Source: Spironucleus salmonicida (lineage: Eukaryota). Taken from it: a DNA stretch of 64,000 bases. Position 1 is the stretch's first letter; each line of letters starts with the position of its first letter. Shown piece after piece: positions 27,368 to 40,839 of the stretch. The stretch is from contig NC_090600.1 of assembly GCF_000497125.1 (NCBI RefSeq), positions 62,001-126,000 of the forward strand. The letters run 5' to 3'. A model generated the notes under the pieces. That model was not told the origin of the DNA and searched no databases. It saw only the letters and a list, made by a program, of their open reading frames with translations. Position numbers and translations under genes: made by a program.

Positions 27368-28258
27368 ATGACCGATTTCGGTATGTGTACGAAGCACGAA
27401 GACACTTGTAAGGCAGGTAGCTACTGCCCTGCTACTGATTTTGAAATTGTGAGATGCTTGCCATGCACTGAACATATGACGATTGGGCACGGATGCTATT
27501 GTAATGACAATAAACTAAATTAAAACTGTTAAGAATGTACAGGAACAATTTGTACTAAGTGCATACTTGGTTCTTATATTGATAACAATGTTTGCAAATT
27601 TTGTTAAGATGGTTGTGGAAAATGCAGCAATGGAAATACATGTGAATAATGTTCAGAAGGTTTCGTTTTAGATGAGGTTACTAGTAAATGTACGCTTATA
27701 TGCATCTCCAACAAAGAGTGCTAACACAGATTAGAAGGATATTGTGATACAAAAACTAGTAGGTGTGTTGCTTGTGATTTATCGTGTAATGTGTGTTCCT
27801 CAGCAACCTTTTGCAACGCATGTGATGATAATGATTTTGTTACGACAATCAATGGTACTTGTGTTAAAGACTGTTTTATACTTAAGAATGGCTAATATTG
27901 TGACGATGGAACACCAAAAGAATGCATTTAAGGCGTCACCTCTGCGTGCTAATGTAATAACAAAATGAATTGTGCTACATGTAAAGAAGATTTTAGTGGG
28001 TGCGCTACTTGCATGCCGTTTTTAAAGATGGACAGCGATGGTAAATGTATTTAATGTGTGGATGGATATGAAAAAATAGGAATCTACTGCTAGCCAAGCG
28101 AATAACCTCCTAGTGCTATCCTGAGTACAGGAATCATAGTTACTATTGTGGTTATAGTTATGATAGCTGCAGGTTTGATAGGATGTGGGATATTTATTTT
28201 AATTTGGAAAAATAAATAAACTGCAACAGCTACTGGTGTTGTAAAAGATCATGTCTGA
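27368..28258 (+). CDS. cysteine-rich membrane protein (CRMP1/VSP-like), 296 aa
   Basis: MTDFGMC, CxxC repeats, C-terminal TM. Confidence 0.9.
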
Positions 28259-28939
28259 CTTGTATATTATTATCTACAACATTAATTATTACTAAGATTA
28301 TAATTTAAATTATCCAAAAATAGATAGATTAATAACTATGTTCTGATTAATACTATTAATTTTCAGCTGCATATTTTTAACCACAAAATAATATTTTACT
28401 ACTAATAATTATCTCTTAATCCAATTCAAATTTTTATAAAGAGCAATACAAAGCTAGATACCATTTCTCGGAAATATTAAAATAAAATAACAACTAGAAT
28501 AAGAAATAGTAAATTATTCTTATCCATAGAATAGCATTATAAATAAGTGAAAATCAGAATTCTTTTATCATACTTAAATCTATCCCCTTTTGGAATATAC
28601 TGTACAGACGAAGTAAATATTTGCTAACTATACAAGAAAGTATTATATTATTCAGCTTAATTTACTAACCATAATAATTAACTTCTTTCAGTATGACTGA
28701 TTTCTAATGGTTCAGAACACTAAGCTAGAAATAATAATTATATATTTCGATTATAATTAAGAATAAGTAATTTTGTGAAACCAAGAAACTGAATATTATA
28801 CATTTTAATACTATTAATACCATTCTTTACATTTCTCGTAACTCATTGTGCTATTAATAATTTCCTAAACAAATTTTTGAAAATGGAAAATTAAAGTATA
28901 TTATAATTATATTAATCATGCAAAAATACACTTTTAAAA

Positions 28940-29809
28940 ATGGATACCGACAACACTTGCACAAACTCCGTTAACACATGTGACACGAACAATTTTTGCC
29001 CGGCAAATGGATCTAGTAAAGAGAAATGTAAGCCATGCATCGCAAACATGCTTCAAGGCAAGGGATGCACATGTGTTACCGGTACCACAGTCGTAAATTG
29101 CACACAGTGTCAGGACGGATCTTGCATAACATGCATTCCTGGGGCATATCTGCAGAATTCTAGATGCAATTTCTGCATGTAGGACTGCGGGAACTGCACG
29201 GCGGTAGATTTTTGCATTAAATGCAATGAGGGATTCGTATTCAATACCGTTTCTAAAACCTGCGTCAAGCAGGTTGTGCAGTCTTGCTCCACGAATTAAG
29301 ACTGCTAAAAAGTCGGTACCGGCTTCTGCGACCCTTCTAAGCATGTGTGTGTTGCATGTGCTGCTGGTTGCGATTTGTGCTCCTCAGCCACTTTTTGCAA
29401 TAAGTGTAAAGAAGCTGATTTTATGACAACAATTGAGGGGAAATGCACTAATAAATGTAACACAAACGTCAGTGGCAAATTTTGCAATAATGGCACGTAG
29501 ACTGATTGTGCAGAGGGCCTTACATCTGCTTGTTATTGTAGCGGATTTGTGAATTGTGCGTCATGTACTTCTGACAAAACCTCTTGTGAAACTTGCTTGC
29601 CTGGTGTAATAATGAATAGTGCTAAATAGTGCAATATTTGCGCAGACGGGTACGACAAAATAGGAGAAATGTGTTGGGCCAATTTTAATAGTTCTTAGAA
29701 TAAGATCGGCGGTGGAGCGATTGCGGGCATCGTTATCGCAGTTTTGGTCGTAGTTGGTGTTGTTGGTGGCGGTCTTGCCTTCTACTTTATCAAGAAGGCG
29801 AAGAAGTGA
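28940..29809 (+). CDS. cysteine-rich membrane protein CRMP1-type (copy A), 289 aa
   Basis: MDTDNTC...[36 protein letters not shown]. Confidence 0.92.
29805..29809 (+). terminator. AGTGA polyadenylation signal fused with the stop codon (representative copy)
   Basis: AGTGA contains the stop codon of genes ending at 2064, 6327, 7993, 8941, 8952, 16204, 18352, 19669, 24417, 26933, 29809, 38421, 46554, 56608, 60952. Confidence 0.75.
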
Positions 29810-30133
29810 AACTTGATAATTTTGAATCCTTAAATTGATAAGGTACCATTTAATTTAAAATATTCTTCAGATGGATAAGTAAATATGGAAAATTATTACC
29901 AAGAAACATCAAAAACTCAATTCATTTTATGTGCTAATACCACTATTACTAAATTTATTATTTACGCGAATTTTAAGAAACTTCTAGAATATTATAATAT
30001 GTCATAATTCTTTAGAATCTAAAGTAAATCGAATCTTGAATACGTACGTTACCAATTATATTACCAATTATTGAAAACACTCGATTTTAATAACTAGCAA
30101 TATTAGGGAATAGATGGTTGTTATTTGTTAAAA

Positions 30134-30985
30134 ATGGACGAAACTGGCATTTGCTCGATTGATAAAAAGACATGTAAAGCAGGAAATTTTTGCCCAGCTA
30201 CTGCAGAAAATAGTGTGAGTTGTATGCCTTGCTCTGATAAAATTCCATTTGGTCAAGGATGCTATTGCAAAGATAACACCTTAGAACCATATTGTCAAGA
30301 ATGCAAAGATGGAAAGTGTGTCAAGTGTGTAGCTCGAACATTCTTTGTGGGTAATGAGTGCAGGAGGTGTTCACGTGGATGCAGTGAATGTACAAATGGG
30401 CGAACCTGTCAAAAATGTTTAGAAAACAATATCCTCGACACTGTAAAAAATAAGTGCATATTAATTTGCTAAAACGATAAAGAATGTTAGGATATACATG
30501 AAGGTTATTGTGATAATGAAACAAACCGATGTGTTGCCTGTCCATAAAATTGTAGTCTTTGCTCGTAAAATAATTACTGTTTTTCTTGCGATTCAAATTG
30601 GGAAATAACTACTATTTTGGGAACTTGCATCCCAAAATGTTTTGTTATTGAGAATGGTTTTTATTGTAAGGACGGATTACCCGCACCCTGTGTATCAGGT
30701 CTCACATCAGAGTGTAAGTGTGGCAATAGTATGAATTGTAGTTCATGTAGTAGGAATCAGAATAACTGCGATAGTTGTTTGCCAAATTGGGAGTTAGATG
30801 GCTAAGGTAATTGCACAAACTGTGCAAAGGGTTATGAAAAAATAGGTCTTTTATGTGTACGGGACGAAAATTATATTAACACTACCGGTGGAGCGATTGC
30901 GGGCATCGTTATCGCAGTTTTGGTCGTAGTTGGTGTTGTTGGTGGCGGTCTTGCCTTCTACTTTATCAAGAAGGCGAAGAAGTGA
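30134..30985 (+). CDS. cysteine-rich membrane protein, chimeric copy 1, 283 aa
   Basis: MDETGIC ectodomain resembles the 32485 gene; TM and tail identical to the 28940 gene. Confidence 0.92.
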
Positions 30986-31309
30986 AACTTGATAATTTTG
31001 AATCCTTAAATTGATAAGGTACCATTTAATTTAAAATATTCTTCAGATGGATAAGTAAATATGGAAAATTATTACCAAGAAACATCAAAAACTCAATTCA
31101 TTTTATGTGCTAATACCACTATTACTAAATTTATTATTTACGCGAATTTTAAGAAACTTCTAGAATATTATAATATGTCATAATTCTTTAGAATCTAAAG
31201 TAAATCGAATCTTGAATACGTACGTTACCAATTATATTACCAATTATTGAAAACACTCGATTTTAATAACTAGCAATATTAGGGAATAGATGGTTGTTAT
31301 TTGTTAAAA

Positions 31310-32161
31310 ATGGACGAAACTGGCATTTGCTCGATTGATAAAAAGACATGTAAAGCAGGAAATTTTTGCCCAGCTACTGCAGAAAATAGTGTGAGTTGTA
31401 TGCCTTGCTCTGATAAAATTCCATTTGGTCAAGGATGCTATTGCAAAGATAACACCTTAGAACCATATTGTCAAGAATGCAAAGATGGAAAGTGTGTCAA
31501 GTGTGTAGCTCGAACATTCTTTGTGGGTAATGAGTGCAGGAGGTGTTCACGTGGATGCAGTGAATGTACAAATGGGCGAACCTGTCAAAAATGTTTAGAA
31601 AACAATATCCTCGACACTGTAAAAAATAAGTGCATATTAATTTGCTAAAACGATAAAGAATGTTAGGATATACATGAAGGTTATTGTGATAATGAAACAA
31701 ACCGATGTGTTGCCTGTCCATAAAATTGTAGTCTTTGCTCGTAAAATAATTACTGTTTTTCTTGCGATTCAAATTGGGAAATAACTACTATTTTGGGAAC
31801 TTGCATCCCAAAATGTTTTGTTATTGAGAATGGTTTTTATTGTAAGGACGGATTACCCGCACCCTGTGTATCAGGTCTCACATCAGAGTGTAAGTGTGGC
31901 AATAGTATGAATTGTAGTTCATGTAGTAGGAATCAGAATAACTGCGATAGTTGTTTGCCAAATTGGGAGTTAGATGGCTAAGGTAATTGCACAAACTGTG
32001 CAAAGGGTTATGAAAAAATAGGTCTTTTATGTGTACGGGACGAAAATTATATTAACACTACCGGTGGAGCGATTGCGGGCATCGTTATCGCAGTTTTGGT
32101 CGTAGTTGGTGTTGTTGGTGGCGGTCTTGCCTTCTACTTTATCAAGAAGGCGAAGAAGTGA
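31310..32161 (+). CDS. cysteine-rich membrane protein, chimeric copy 2, 283 aa
   Basis: Identical by eye to 30134-30985. Confidence 0.9.
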
Positions 32162-32484
32162 AACTTGATAATTTTGAATCCTTAAATTGATAAGGTACCA
32201 TTTAATTTAAAATATTCTTCAGATGGATAAGTAAATATGGAAAATTATTACCAAGAAACATCAAAAACTCAATTCATTTTATGTGCTAATACCACTATTA
32301 CTAAATTTATTATTTACGTGAATTTTAAGAAACTTCTAGAATATTATAATATGTCATAATTCTTTAGAATCTAAAGTAAATCGAATCTTGAATACGTACG
32401 TTACCAATTATATTACCAATTATTGAAAACACTCGATTTTACTAACTGTGCATACCATGAAATATACATGTATGCTATTTTAAA

Positions 32485-33357
32485 ATGGATGAAACTGGCA
32501 TTTGCTCGATTGATAAAAAGACATGTAAAGCAGGAAATTTTTACCCAGCTACTGCAGCAAATAGTGTGAGTTGTATGCCTTGCTCTGATAAAATTCCATT
32601 TGGTCAAGGATGTTATTGCAAAGATAACACCTTAGAGCCATATTGTCAAGAATGCAAAGATGGAAATTGTGTCAAATGTGTAGCTAGAACATTTCTTTTT
32701 GTTGATGAATGCAGGACATGTTCGTATGGATGCAGTGAATGTACAAATGGGCGAACCTGTCAAAAATGTTTAGAAAACAATATCCTCGACACTGTAAAAA
32801 ATAAGTGCATATTAATTTGCTAAAACGATAAAGAATGTTAGGATATACATGAAGGTTATTGTGATAATGAAACAAACCGATGTGTTGCATGTAAAAGAAA
32901 TGGTAACCTTTGTTCGTCAAACAATGAGTGTTTTTCATGTGATACGAATATATTAATAACTACTATTTTAGGAACTTGCACTGCAAAATGTGCCAATATG
33001 GAGAATAATAATTATTGTAAGGATGGAGTTCCCACACCCTGTGTATCAGGTCTCACATCAGAATGTAAGTGTGGTTATAGTGTGAACTGTAGTTTATGTA
33101 CTAGGAATCAGAATAAATGCTATAGTTGTTTACCAAATTGGGAGTTAAATAGCTAAGGTAATTGCACAATCTGTGCAAAGGGTTATTAAAAAATAGGTCT
33201 TTTATGTCTAGGTAACGGAAGTAATTCTTATAATAAAATAGGAGGCGGGACTATTGCTGGCATTGTGATAGCCATTTTCGTAGTAGTTGGAGCAATTAGT
33301 GATGGTCTAGCTTTTTATTTCATTAAGAAGTCTAAAACAAATGGAATGACAGAATGA
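32485..33357 (+). CDS. cysteine-rich membrane protein (copy B), 290 aa
   Basis: MDETGIC...[41 protein letters not shown]. Confidence 0.88.
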
Positions 33358-33904
33358 ATGATATTATATGCGTATCTATTTAGATACAGTATGATAAATA
33401 TGTATTACGTTTAACTCCAGGTTAGTAAACTATTCAACTGAAATCATATATCTAATACTCATAGAAACAAAAACAATGAATTATCAAAGTTTGGACAAAT
33501 TCAGTTTACTCATTCTGAAACTGAGAAATATATTAATAATTATTATATATTATTTGAAGATTTGATATAAAACCTACTATACTGAATATGAATACTGGAT
33601 TAACTGTCCATATATGGAATTCACGTCTCCAATTTATAATTAATACTTAAATATTTAGTGAGTATTTCTCAATATTATAATACCAAACCAAATAACTATG
33701 TTATAGTATATTTTTTAGTTCACAAGCTTTTATATTTTATATTTAGATGTTTAAAAAATAATATACTATTTAAGTAAAATCATAATTTTCTCATTTTAGT
33801 TCCTCTAACTTGAATGCTAGCTATGATTAGTGAAACTTTTACCATTTTAGAGATATCCAGTAAAAATACTTGAAAATTGAATACCAACTCCGCTCCTGTA
33901 ATAA

Positions 33905-34750
33905 AGCCTTCTTATCTGTTTTTAAGAAATAATAGGGTAATCCGCCTGCTACAACGCCAATTACTAAAACTACACCTATAATTATTCTAGCTATTGCATC
34001 GCCGCCAATCTTATTAGCCGAACCATTGTTTATTTCAGGTTCGCCCACAATAGGAATACACAAAAATCCTATCTAACTATAACCTTCCAGATTTGTAACG
34101 CAAAAATCATCTTCAAAACTTTGTGCACCACCTGGTATGCAGGTTTTGTATTTAAAGTAGTTAGATCATAAGTCTCACAGTTACCTTACCAAAACACTCG
34201 CAATCAAAAATAGTAGCATTGTCACAAGAAGTCGGCATCCAATTTTTGCAATATTACCCATCTTTTAGATTAAGGCATTTATTTTCGCATTTACCATCGA
34301 TGCGGGTTACCTTACTCTAGTTATATTTATAGCAGAAAGTAAATGATTAACAAAGTTAACAATTGTTTTAGCAAGAATAGAATAGTTTTGTTAATAGATA
34401 CCAATATACTGCATATTTATCCTGAGATTCTTTAATACTTTTGCAAGTTCTACAACATTAACCAGATACTTCATCTTGTTAAAAAATTCCATATAGTTTG
34501 AGCATGAATTCGCTATATTAATTTTGTTACATAACTTAAATTCTCTGTAATATAGGAATGATCCCGGAAGATATTGTTAGAAATTCCATAACTGAAAATT
34601 TTACAGTTTATATTTACCTGTGATCTTCACAAAAGCATCCCTATCTTAATATCATCTATTCGGTTCATGAATTACAACTTCCTTCTGTAAGACTTTGCAA
34701 TCCACAGTAGTTACTGGTTAACAGTGCCAAACATGTGCCCCTTTATCCAT
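33905..34750 (-). pseudogene. decayed CRMP pseudogene
   Basis: MDK then frameshifted GTC; internal TGA; residual GCFC motif; TM relic NKIGGDAIARIIIGVVLVIGVVAGGLPYYFLK. Confidence 0.8.
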
Positions 34751-35191
34751 TCTAAAACTAATTTGATTCTATGATTTACCGATTATTTGTAATTATGAAC
34801 ACTGAAAAACAACTATCAATATTACCATTTACTTTCGAATTTACTTTAGCCAACAATTTGTAAAACTTAGGTATACACAGGTATCACAACATTAATTATC
34901 TATTAAAATCTTTTTCCCACATTTTAACTTCTGTACTATTAATCAATTAATAAACTTATTTTTGGATCACCAACTTACCTCCATTAACTCACACGAATAA
35001 TAACTCATTTTAAACTCTAAATCACACTCAATTTTTACCAAATCAACACAATACGTAATTTTCTCTGCTCAAACCAGCCTTATCAAAAAATATATTATAT
35101 AACCCGCCCTTGCTCTCGCATTTTACTTTGCCACAACCAAACTACATCCAGACTAACGCACCCATCAATATCACTAACCCACTCTTAAAAA

Positions 35192-35866
35192 TCAAATTCC
35201 GTCACTCCCCACGACACGCGCAACCTCCCTGTCAACCCGCTGCGCTAGCAGCATCTGCACCTCCTTCTAGCTCCGCTCCAGTTTCTACCGCAGATTTTCG
35301 TTCTCAGAAACCAATATTCTTACCCTTTCATTCTAAGGCATTTGATGATTTTTCTACAGTGTTTTCCGCTCCTTTTCCATTCCTTTTAGCGCGGTTTTCA
35401 GTCCCAAATTTTCGTTTCTGAGCAGCTGAAGCTCGGCCAAATTGACTGCCAGGAGGTCATTTTTTGCCGTTTTTTCTCGCAGGCTAGCTATCTGATTTTC
35501 GTAAATTTCGCATTTGTCAGTGATTTCGAGCGAAAAGTCTCGTTTTTAGACGCTGTTTTCGGCCGCTTTTAGCGCACTTTCGAGGCTTAAAATTCGGCTG
35601 AAAAGCTGCCGATTTAGGACGTGCAAATCGGACGAATTGAGAGCCTCAAAGTGCTGGATTTGGGCAGATAGAAGCGCGATTTTTCGACTTTGCTGAGCGA
35701 TTTGTAGGGCCTATTCGGTCGTTTTTTGCTTCAAGATGGCGAGCGAACTTGGCGTTTCTATTGCAGTTTTTTGCGTCTTCAGGAGCTAATTGGCAGTTAA
35801 TGTCTCGTGTAGGAGTTTCCGCTGCTCGTGAAAGACTTGCATAGAGGGGCCGCCGAAATCTTGCAT
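35192..35866 (-). CDS. coiled-coil hypothetical protein, 224 aa (GC-rich)
   Basis: MQDFGGPSMQVFHEQRKLL...VVGSDGI*; AGTGA about 20 nt downstream. Confidence 0.8.
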
Positions 35867-35929
35867 TTTATAAGTAGTAATTATATATAATAACAATAAT
35901 ATTAATATTTTTTAATTCCGTTCCACTTA

Positions 35930-36313
35930 ATGCAGTATCCTCAAATGACTCCTGAGCAGTATGCTGAATACCAGAAGACCTACTAGGACCAGTATTAGTA
36001 ATATATCAAGCAATTGTAACCTTAATGCGAGATTGTCCAGGAAGAATGCAAGTGTGTTTAGAATAAGTGTTCTAGTGATTCTATAAAGGGTTAGTCTCTT
36101 AAAATGTTAGAAGAAATGTTAAAATAATAATATGCTTCTATTTCTGCATCACCTTTTAGCTCCACGGGGTCAGTACAGGGTTAATAGGTTGTAGCTGGTA
36201 AAGAAATACCTAAAGAATATCAACCTCGTCAATAAAATACAACTAGGCCTAATAATAGCAAAAAACAACAATAATAATCTTCTAGAACCGTTGATATTCA
36301 TATCGTAGAATGA
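35930..36313 (+). CDS. Gln-rich hypothetical protein, 127 aa
   Basis: MQYPQMTPEQYAEYQK...VDIHIVE*; TTCCAC upstream. Confidence 0.7.
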
Positions 36314-36365
36314 TTTTTAATTGATAAATCTTTATTTAAATATAATATAATATTATCATTATTTT

Positions 36366-36378
36366 AACTTCCGCCAAA
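36366..36378 (+). promoter_or_regulatory. C-rich TTCC(A/G)C element just upstream of ATG (representative copy)
   Basis: Same or near-match element within about 20 nt of starts at 2390, 9305, 14236, 15078, 35930, 36379, 53546, 58611. Confidence 0.55.
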
Positions 36379-38403
36379 ATGTCAGATCAACCAGCATTCA
36401 ACTCTGAACGTGCATAGCGCATGGAAGATCGTAGAAAACGTCTGCAAACACTTTTAACTGAAATTTAAGCAAATGCTAATAACCCTGTTACGGATAATAC
36501 CACAGAAAATACAATTCAAATTCAATAAGCAGTCGCGCCTTCTGATATTTAAGTCACTAAGTCACTAACACATATCATGACATAAAAGTAATAGTATGCA
36601 TCCCATTTATCTGAATTATCTAAAAAATAATTCTCTGAGGCGGCATAAATCTTTAGTAATGATGATACTGCACGTAATACACGCAGAAAAACTTTAGAAG
36701 ACGAAAAAGCTAATTCATAATAACAAGATAATGCATTTTAAATGAGATTTGCATCCCTTTTAGATAAAGATGTACAGAGTATGGCTGCTGGTATAGTTGA
36801 ATTACGTCAAATTACCATAAAATCTCTAACTGATAGAGATGTTGTAATAAAAGCTTTTGAAGATTATTTAAATTAGGTAGATGATGACTTTTTAAGGCTG
36901 ATTAGGGAGAACACTTTAGAAGTAGATGATGTTATTGGGTATAGCAGAAAGGTTATTAAACAGTTATAAGCAGATTGCACACAATAAATTTAGCAGGTAG
37001 AGACTGCGTTTGATGCTGAGAGAGGTGAATTTATAAAAAGTGCTGAAAAAGAATTGGATGATTTGAGAGAATCAGTTTGGACAACTGAAAACACTGCTAT
37101 GGAAGGCAGAATTACAATGGCTGAATAATACCATTCAGATATAAATTAATAGATTCTAAAAGATTATGATGAATATACATCATTGAAACGCCGTTTAGAA
37201 TCTGAAGGAGTGGCATTGCGTCATTAATTGGAAGAAATGCGTTCAGTATATCACTTAAATACTGATAAATTAGAATATAATTATAAGTTATTAGCTTCTA
37301 GAGATATTGAATGTCAGAACCTTATAGTACAACAAAAGAAGAAAATCTCAAAACTGCAAGATCAGCTCACTCAGCTAATCTCAAAATATCAGCAAATAGA
37401 TGAACAGTTACGATCTGAAAATCTTGAACTTTCTACTTCTTATCGTAGGTTAGCTAATATTTTCTGTGAGCTGTAAATAAAATTCAAACTTTTTGAAGCA
37501 TAGGATACAAAAAAATTTAGAGAATTATGGACATATCACGAACATAAAATAGCCAATCATTTAAAAGATCTCTTACTTGCCGAATAGGTTATTAACGAGT
37601 CAGTTGTCTGCTCAGCACCAAAACGTGAAATCGATGAACAGTCAATGCTGCAACAAATACACTCTATGCTTAAACGCCTTTAAGCCTCAGCAGGTGTGGT
37701 AGAGGATGCAGGAAAGATTGAGATTGACCAAAATTAATAGAACCTAGTTGATATAACGCGTTCCATTAATCCAATTGCTGCATGCACTGTAGGTCAAGCC
37801 AATGCAACGCGTTTGCTTATTGAATTAGCTAGAAAAGTTAGTTTTATGGCATCTGAGGACCTTCTAAAAACGCTTAACCCGGGAGAAAAGCTTACAGAGT
37901 AAATGCGTACAGATGCATTACTTGCTACGTTGGGTATCAGAAATGCTTCAGAATTAGATCTACTGTTCTAACATGCAACTTAAGGTGGCTCATGCTAAAA
38001 GCTAAAGGAAAGAGGTGAAATTGTTTAAGCGCTCATTGAATTCGCATCTGAACTTGAAAAAAGGCGTGACTTAGGAGGAAACTAAACTGCAAAACCTGAG
38101 AATAAACGAGGTGGTATATGGGACCGTAAAGCCGTGGCGCAATTTTGGAAGGAAATAGGTCAAATTGTCTCACCCGAAAAAGCTACAGCCTGGAAGCTTT
38201 TGGAGGAGACTTTAAAGAGGTATTAAGAAGTTTTATTAGCTAGAGTGGATTTGGTAGAAAGGAATGATTTGTTAGCAGCCTAAAATGAGGAATTAAGAGG
38301 GCTACTGCAACAATACGTGGACGGTGAGAGAAGAGGTCTATAGGTAACAGGACAGAGCCAATATGAAAACCAAGACCAAATAGGCCAAATGGGGCGGATG
38401 TGA
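36379..38403 (+). CDS. DRC1: dynein regulatory complex subunit 1 (CCDC164), 674 aa
   Basis: LEEMRSVYHLNTDKLEYNYKLL..RD.E...QQKKKISKLQD; C-terminal AWKLLEETLKRY.EVL..R...QNEELRGLLQQY. Confidence 0.9.
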
Positions 38404-38420
38404 GCATTTAATGGTTTTTT

Positions 38421-39323
38421 TCACTCACATAGATAAATGTACTCTCCATATAGTCCCATAAATAAACTCAAAACACAACTAAATTCTTAATTAACTAGAA
38501 CTTTATTCAAATACATCCCTACTTCATTATTATCATTATATATTGATTTGGATATATTAAAATCTAATCCTTTCCCTGCGCCAATAACGCCTCCGATTGC
38601 CTCATAATTACGATTTCGTGAAACCTCGAAATTACACTTTCGTGCAGCAATGAGACAATCACTACATATACCAGAAACACCACCTAAAGCAACTTTACTA
38701 GCAAGATCACTTCTTACCGCCCAAGAGTTTAATCTTAAAATCGTCGGATCAAGATACGTGAAGTTGTAATCTCGAAGGGTAAAATTGGCTTCAAAAGCAA
38801 GCGCTGCTACACCACCAACTATTAGTCCAGAAGCATTAATAGTAGTGAGTTGAAATGTACTATTAACCACGTTCGCACTACCTGTTAAATTTGATACTAA
38901 ACCTGAAATGAGGTTCTAGTGACTCATATTTGCAGAAAAGTTTAACGTTGCATTAGTAAGAATAAAGTTCCGGGATCCTTATAGTAATGTTAGAGATGTA
39001 TGCTTAAAGCTTTAAATAGTTATGGTAAAGCTAACATGCACGTTTGAAATATGTGCAGTTTCAGCAGAAGAGTGTAAAAAAGAGATCTACAGTTAGTTAC
39101 ATGGAAATGAATTTATCTGATTAAGGGTAATTTCTATGACGATATTTGCGATGTTATTCACCGCTTTGAAAATACTTACTTAGTGATAGTTATCATCAGA
39201 AAACATAATATCTTAGTAGATTATGGTATCAGTTATGTCTGGATTTAGATAATGTAAATAGAAGATATAGTCATTAAAGGTATACTACTCAGTTATAAAT
39301 TACTGATTAAGAAGAATTAACAT
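38421..39323 (-). CDS. putative secreted beta-rich protein with GLUG-like motifs, 300 aa
   Basis: MLILL start; ISGLVS, IVGGVA, ALGGVSG, AIGGVIG; many NxS/T sites; stop in GAGTGA. Confidence 0.7.
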
Positions 39324-39380
39324 TATGTGTGATAACATAATTATATATAGAAATATTTATACATAGTAAAAATTTATCAA

Positions 39381-40832
39381 ATGATTCCAAAAGAATTAGC
39401 TGATTAATACTATACATAAGCCTAAAATCACTATCGGTTAGGTGATAATGAAAAGGCTATAAAGTAGGTGACATAAGCTATAGAGCTTTTCCCATCTCAA
39501 AGTTACTTTATTTTTAGATCAAAATGTCATACTACTGCTGCACATGTAAAATAATCTCTAGAAGATGCATATCACGCTATTAAACTAAATAAATTATAAG
39601 CTGAAGCATATTATGTATGTGCCGAGGCTAATTTTTATGCTGGTGAGTTTGAACTAGCGTTGGTTGAATTTTATACAGCAGTTGCTATGCGAAACCATGA
39701 TAAGCGGGATCAAAAAGGCCTTAGTAAAAGTATAGAAGGAATTAAAAACGCGTTTAATATTTCTGAACAAAAAGTCAATAAGTATATTGATTTCTTGGAT
39801 AAAGGTATAATAGTTGAAGAATCTCTCGGTAGCAAAAATACTTGTGAATTTAAATTTGCTTAATATGCTTCTCATGATATTAATCCATTAGACTAATTTT
39901 ATGAGGCTGAGCTTATTACAGCTACTGAATATGCTCCCATTGATTAACATTTGAGCGAAAGTGAAGATCCAGAAGATATTATTTAAAACTATTGTCATGT
40001 AACAGATGATAGATTATTTCTATAAGACATTAATATGACAATTATTAAAAATGCTGTAGATAATGGAGTTAACTATATTCAAAATCGAGAAATTTTTTGG
40101 AAAAATTAATCTAAAACTACCATCAAAAAAATATAATAAAAAGAAAAGAAGATTAAATCTAAAATAGATACTGGCAAACCATCTTCTCCATCTAAAGAGA
40201 TAATTTTGTAACATTAAGAAAGATAAAACTAAATAAAAACCAACGTGAATAGAAAAATTTAAAAAATTCCAGCAACCTCTGCATTATAAGCGGTTATATA
40301 GAATAAAGTGTTAATTATGTTATCAAAAGTTAAATACTATGAAAATTTAAAGGATTATGAGAAAGCTGAGATTATCCTAACAAGTATATTATTATTATCT
40401 TAAAATAATAATTATTTGTATAAATTATGTAAGTTGTAATATAAATAAAACAAAAACTCAGAAAGTTTAACTAATCTCAATAAACTAATTTAAAACCTTA
40501 TATGTGCAGAATTTATTGATAAAAATAAAGCTTATTTACTGATAGATAGTTTATGTATTAAAAGTTAAATAATGCAGCAATACAATCAATTTCAAGAGTC
40601 ATAATAAGATTTAAAAGAGGCAGAACGAATTGCATTAACTTTTAAAGATACTACTGCTATTAAATACATAAATATGCAATATAAATTATTAAATAAAGCT
40701 ATTTCTACTTAGTAGAAAACTTAATATAGGGAATCTATAAATGTCACTCAACTAAACTCTACTTAGTAGTAAATTTCTGATGAATTACCTTTGAACTTAA
40801 GTGATATTGAAAATAGTGAGAATACTTGTTGA
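39381..40832 (+). CDS. TTC25: TPR protein, TTC25/ODAD4-like, 483 aa
   Basis: AEANFYAGEFELALVEFY..MR...GLSKSIEGIKNA; YIQNREIFWKNQ. Confidence 0.72.
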
Positions 40833-40839
40833 TATTTTA

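Larger units (their letters stand above)
29710..32440 (+). repeat. direct tandem repeat, 1176-bp unit, about 2.3 copies
   Basis: CGGTGGAGCGATTGCGGGC at 29710, 30886 and 32062; track ORFs repeat at +1176; one C>T seen near 32319. Confidence 0.95.

Noticed and set aside
28570-28740. GIYCTDEVNIC-like stretch resembling a CRMP N-terminus
   Set aside because: Too short and degenerate to support without a profile search.
29792-29809. KKAKK tail as a canonical dilysine ER-retrieval signal
   Set aside because: Position -3 is Ala, so it fits neither KKxx nor KxKxx.
29710-32440. Tandem repeat as a CRISPR array or transposon
   Set aside because: The unit is a whole CRMP gene plus spacer; no short repeat-spacer structure, terminal repeats or transposase.
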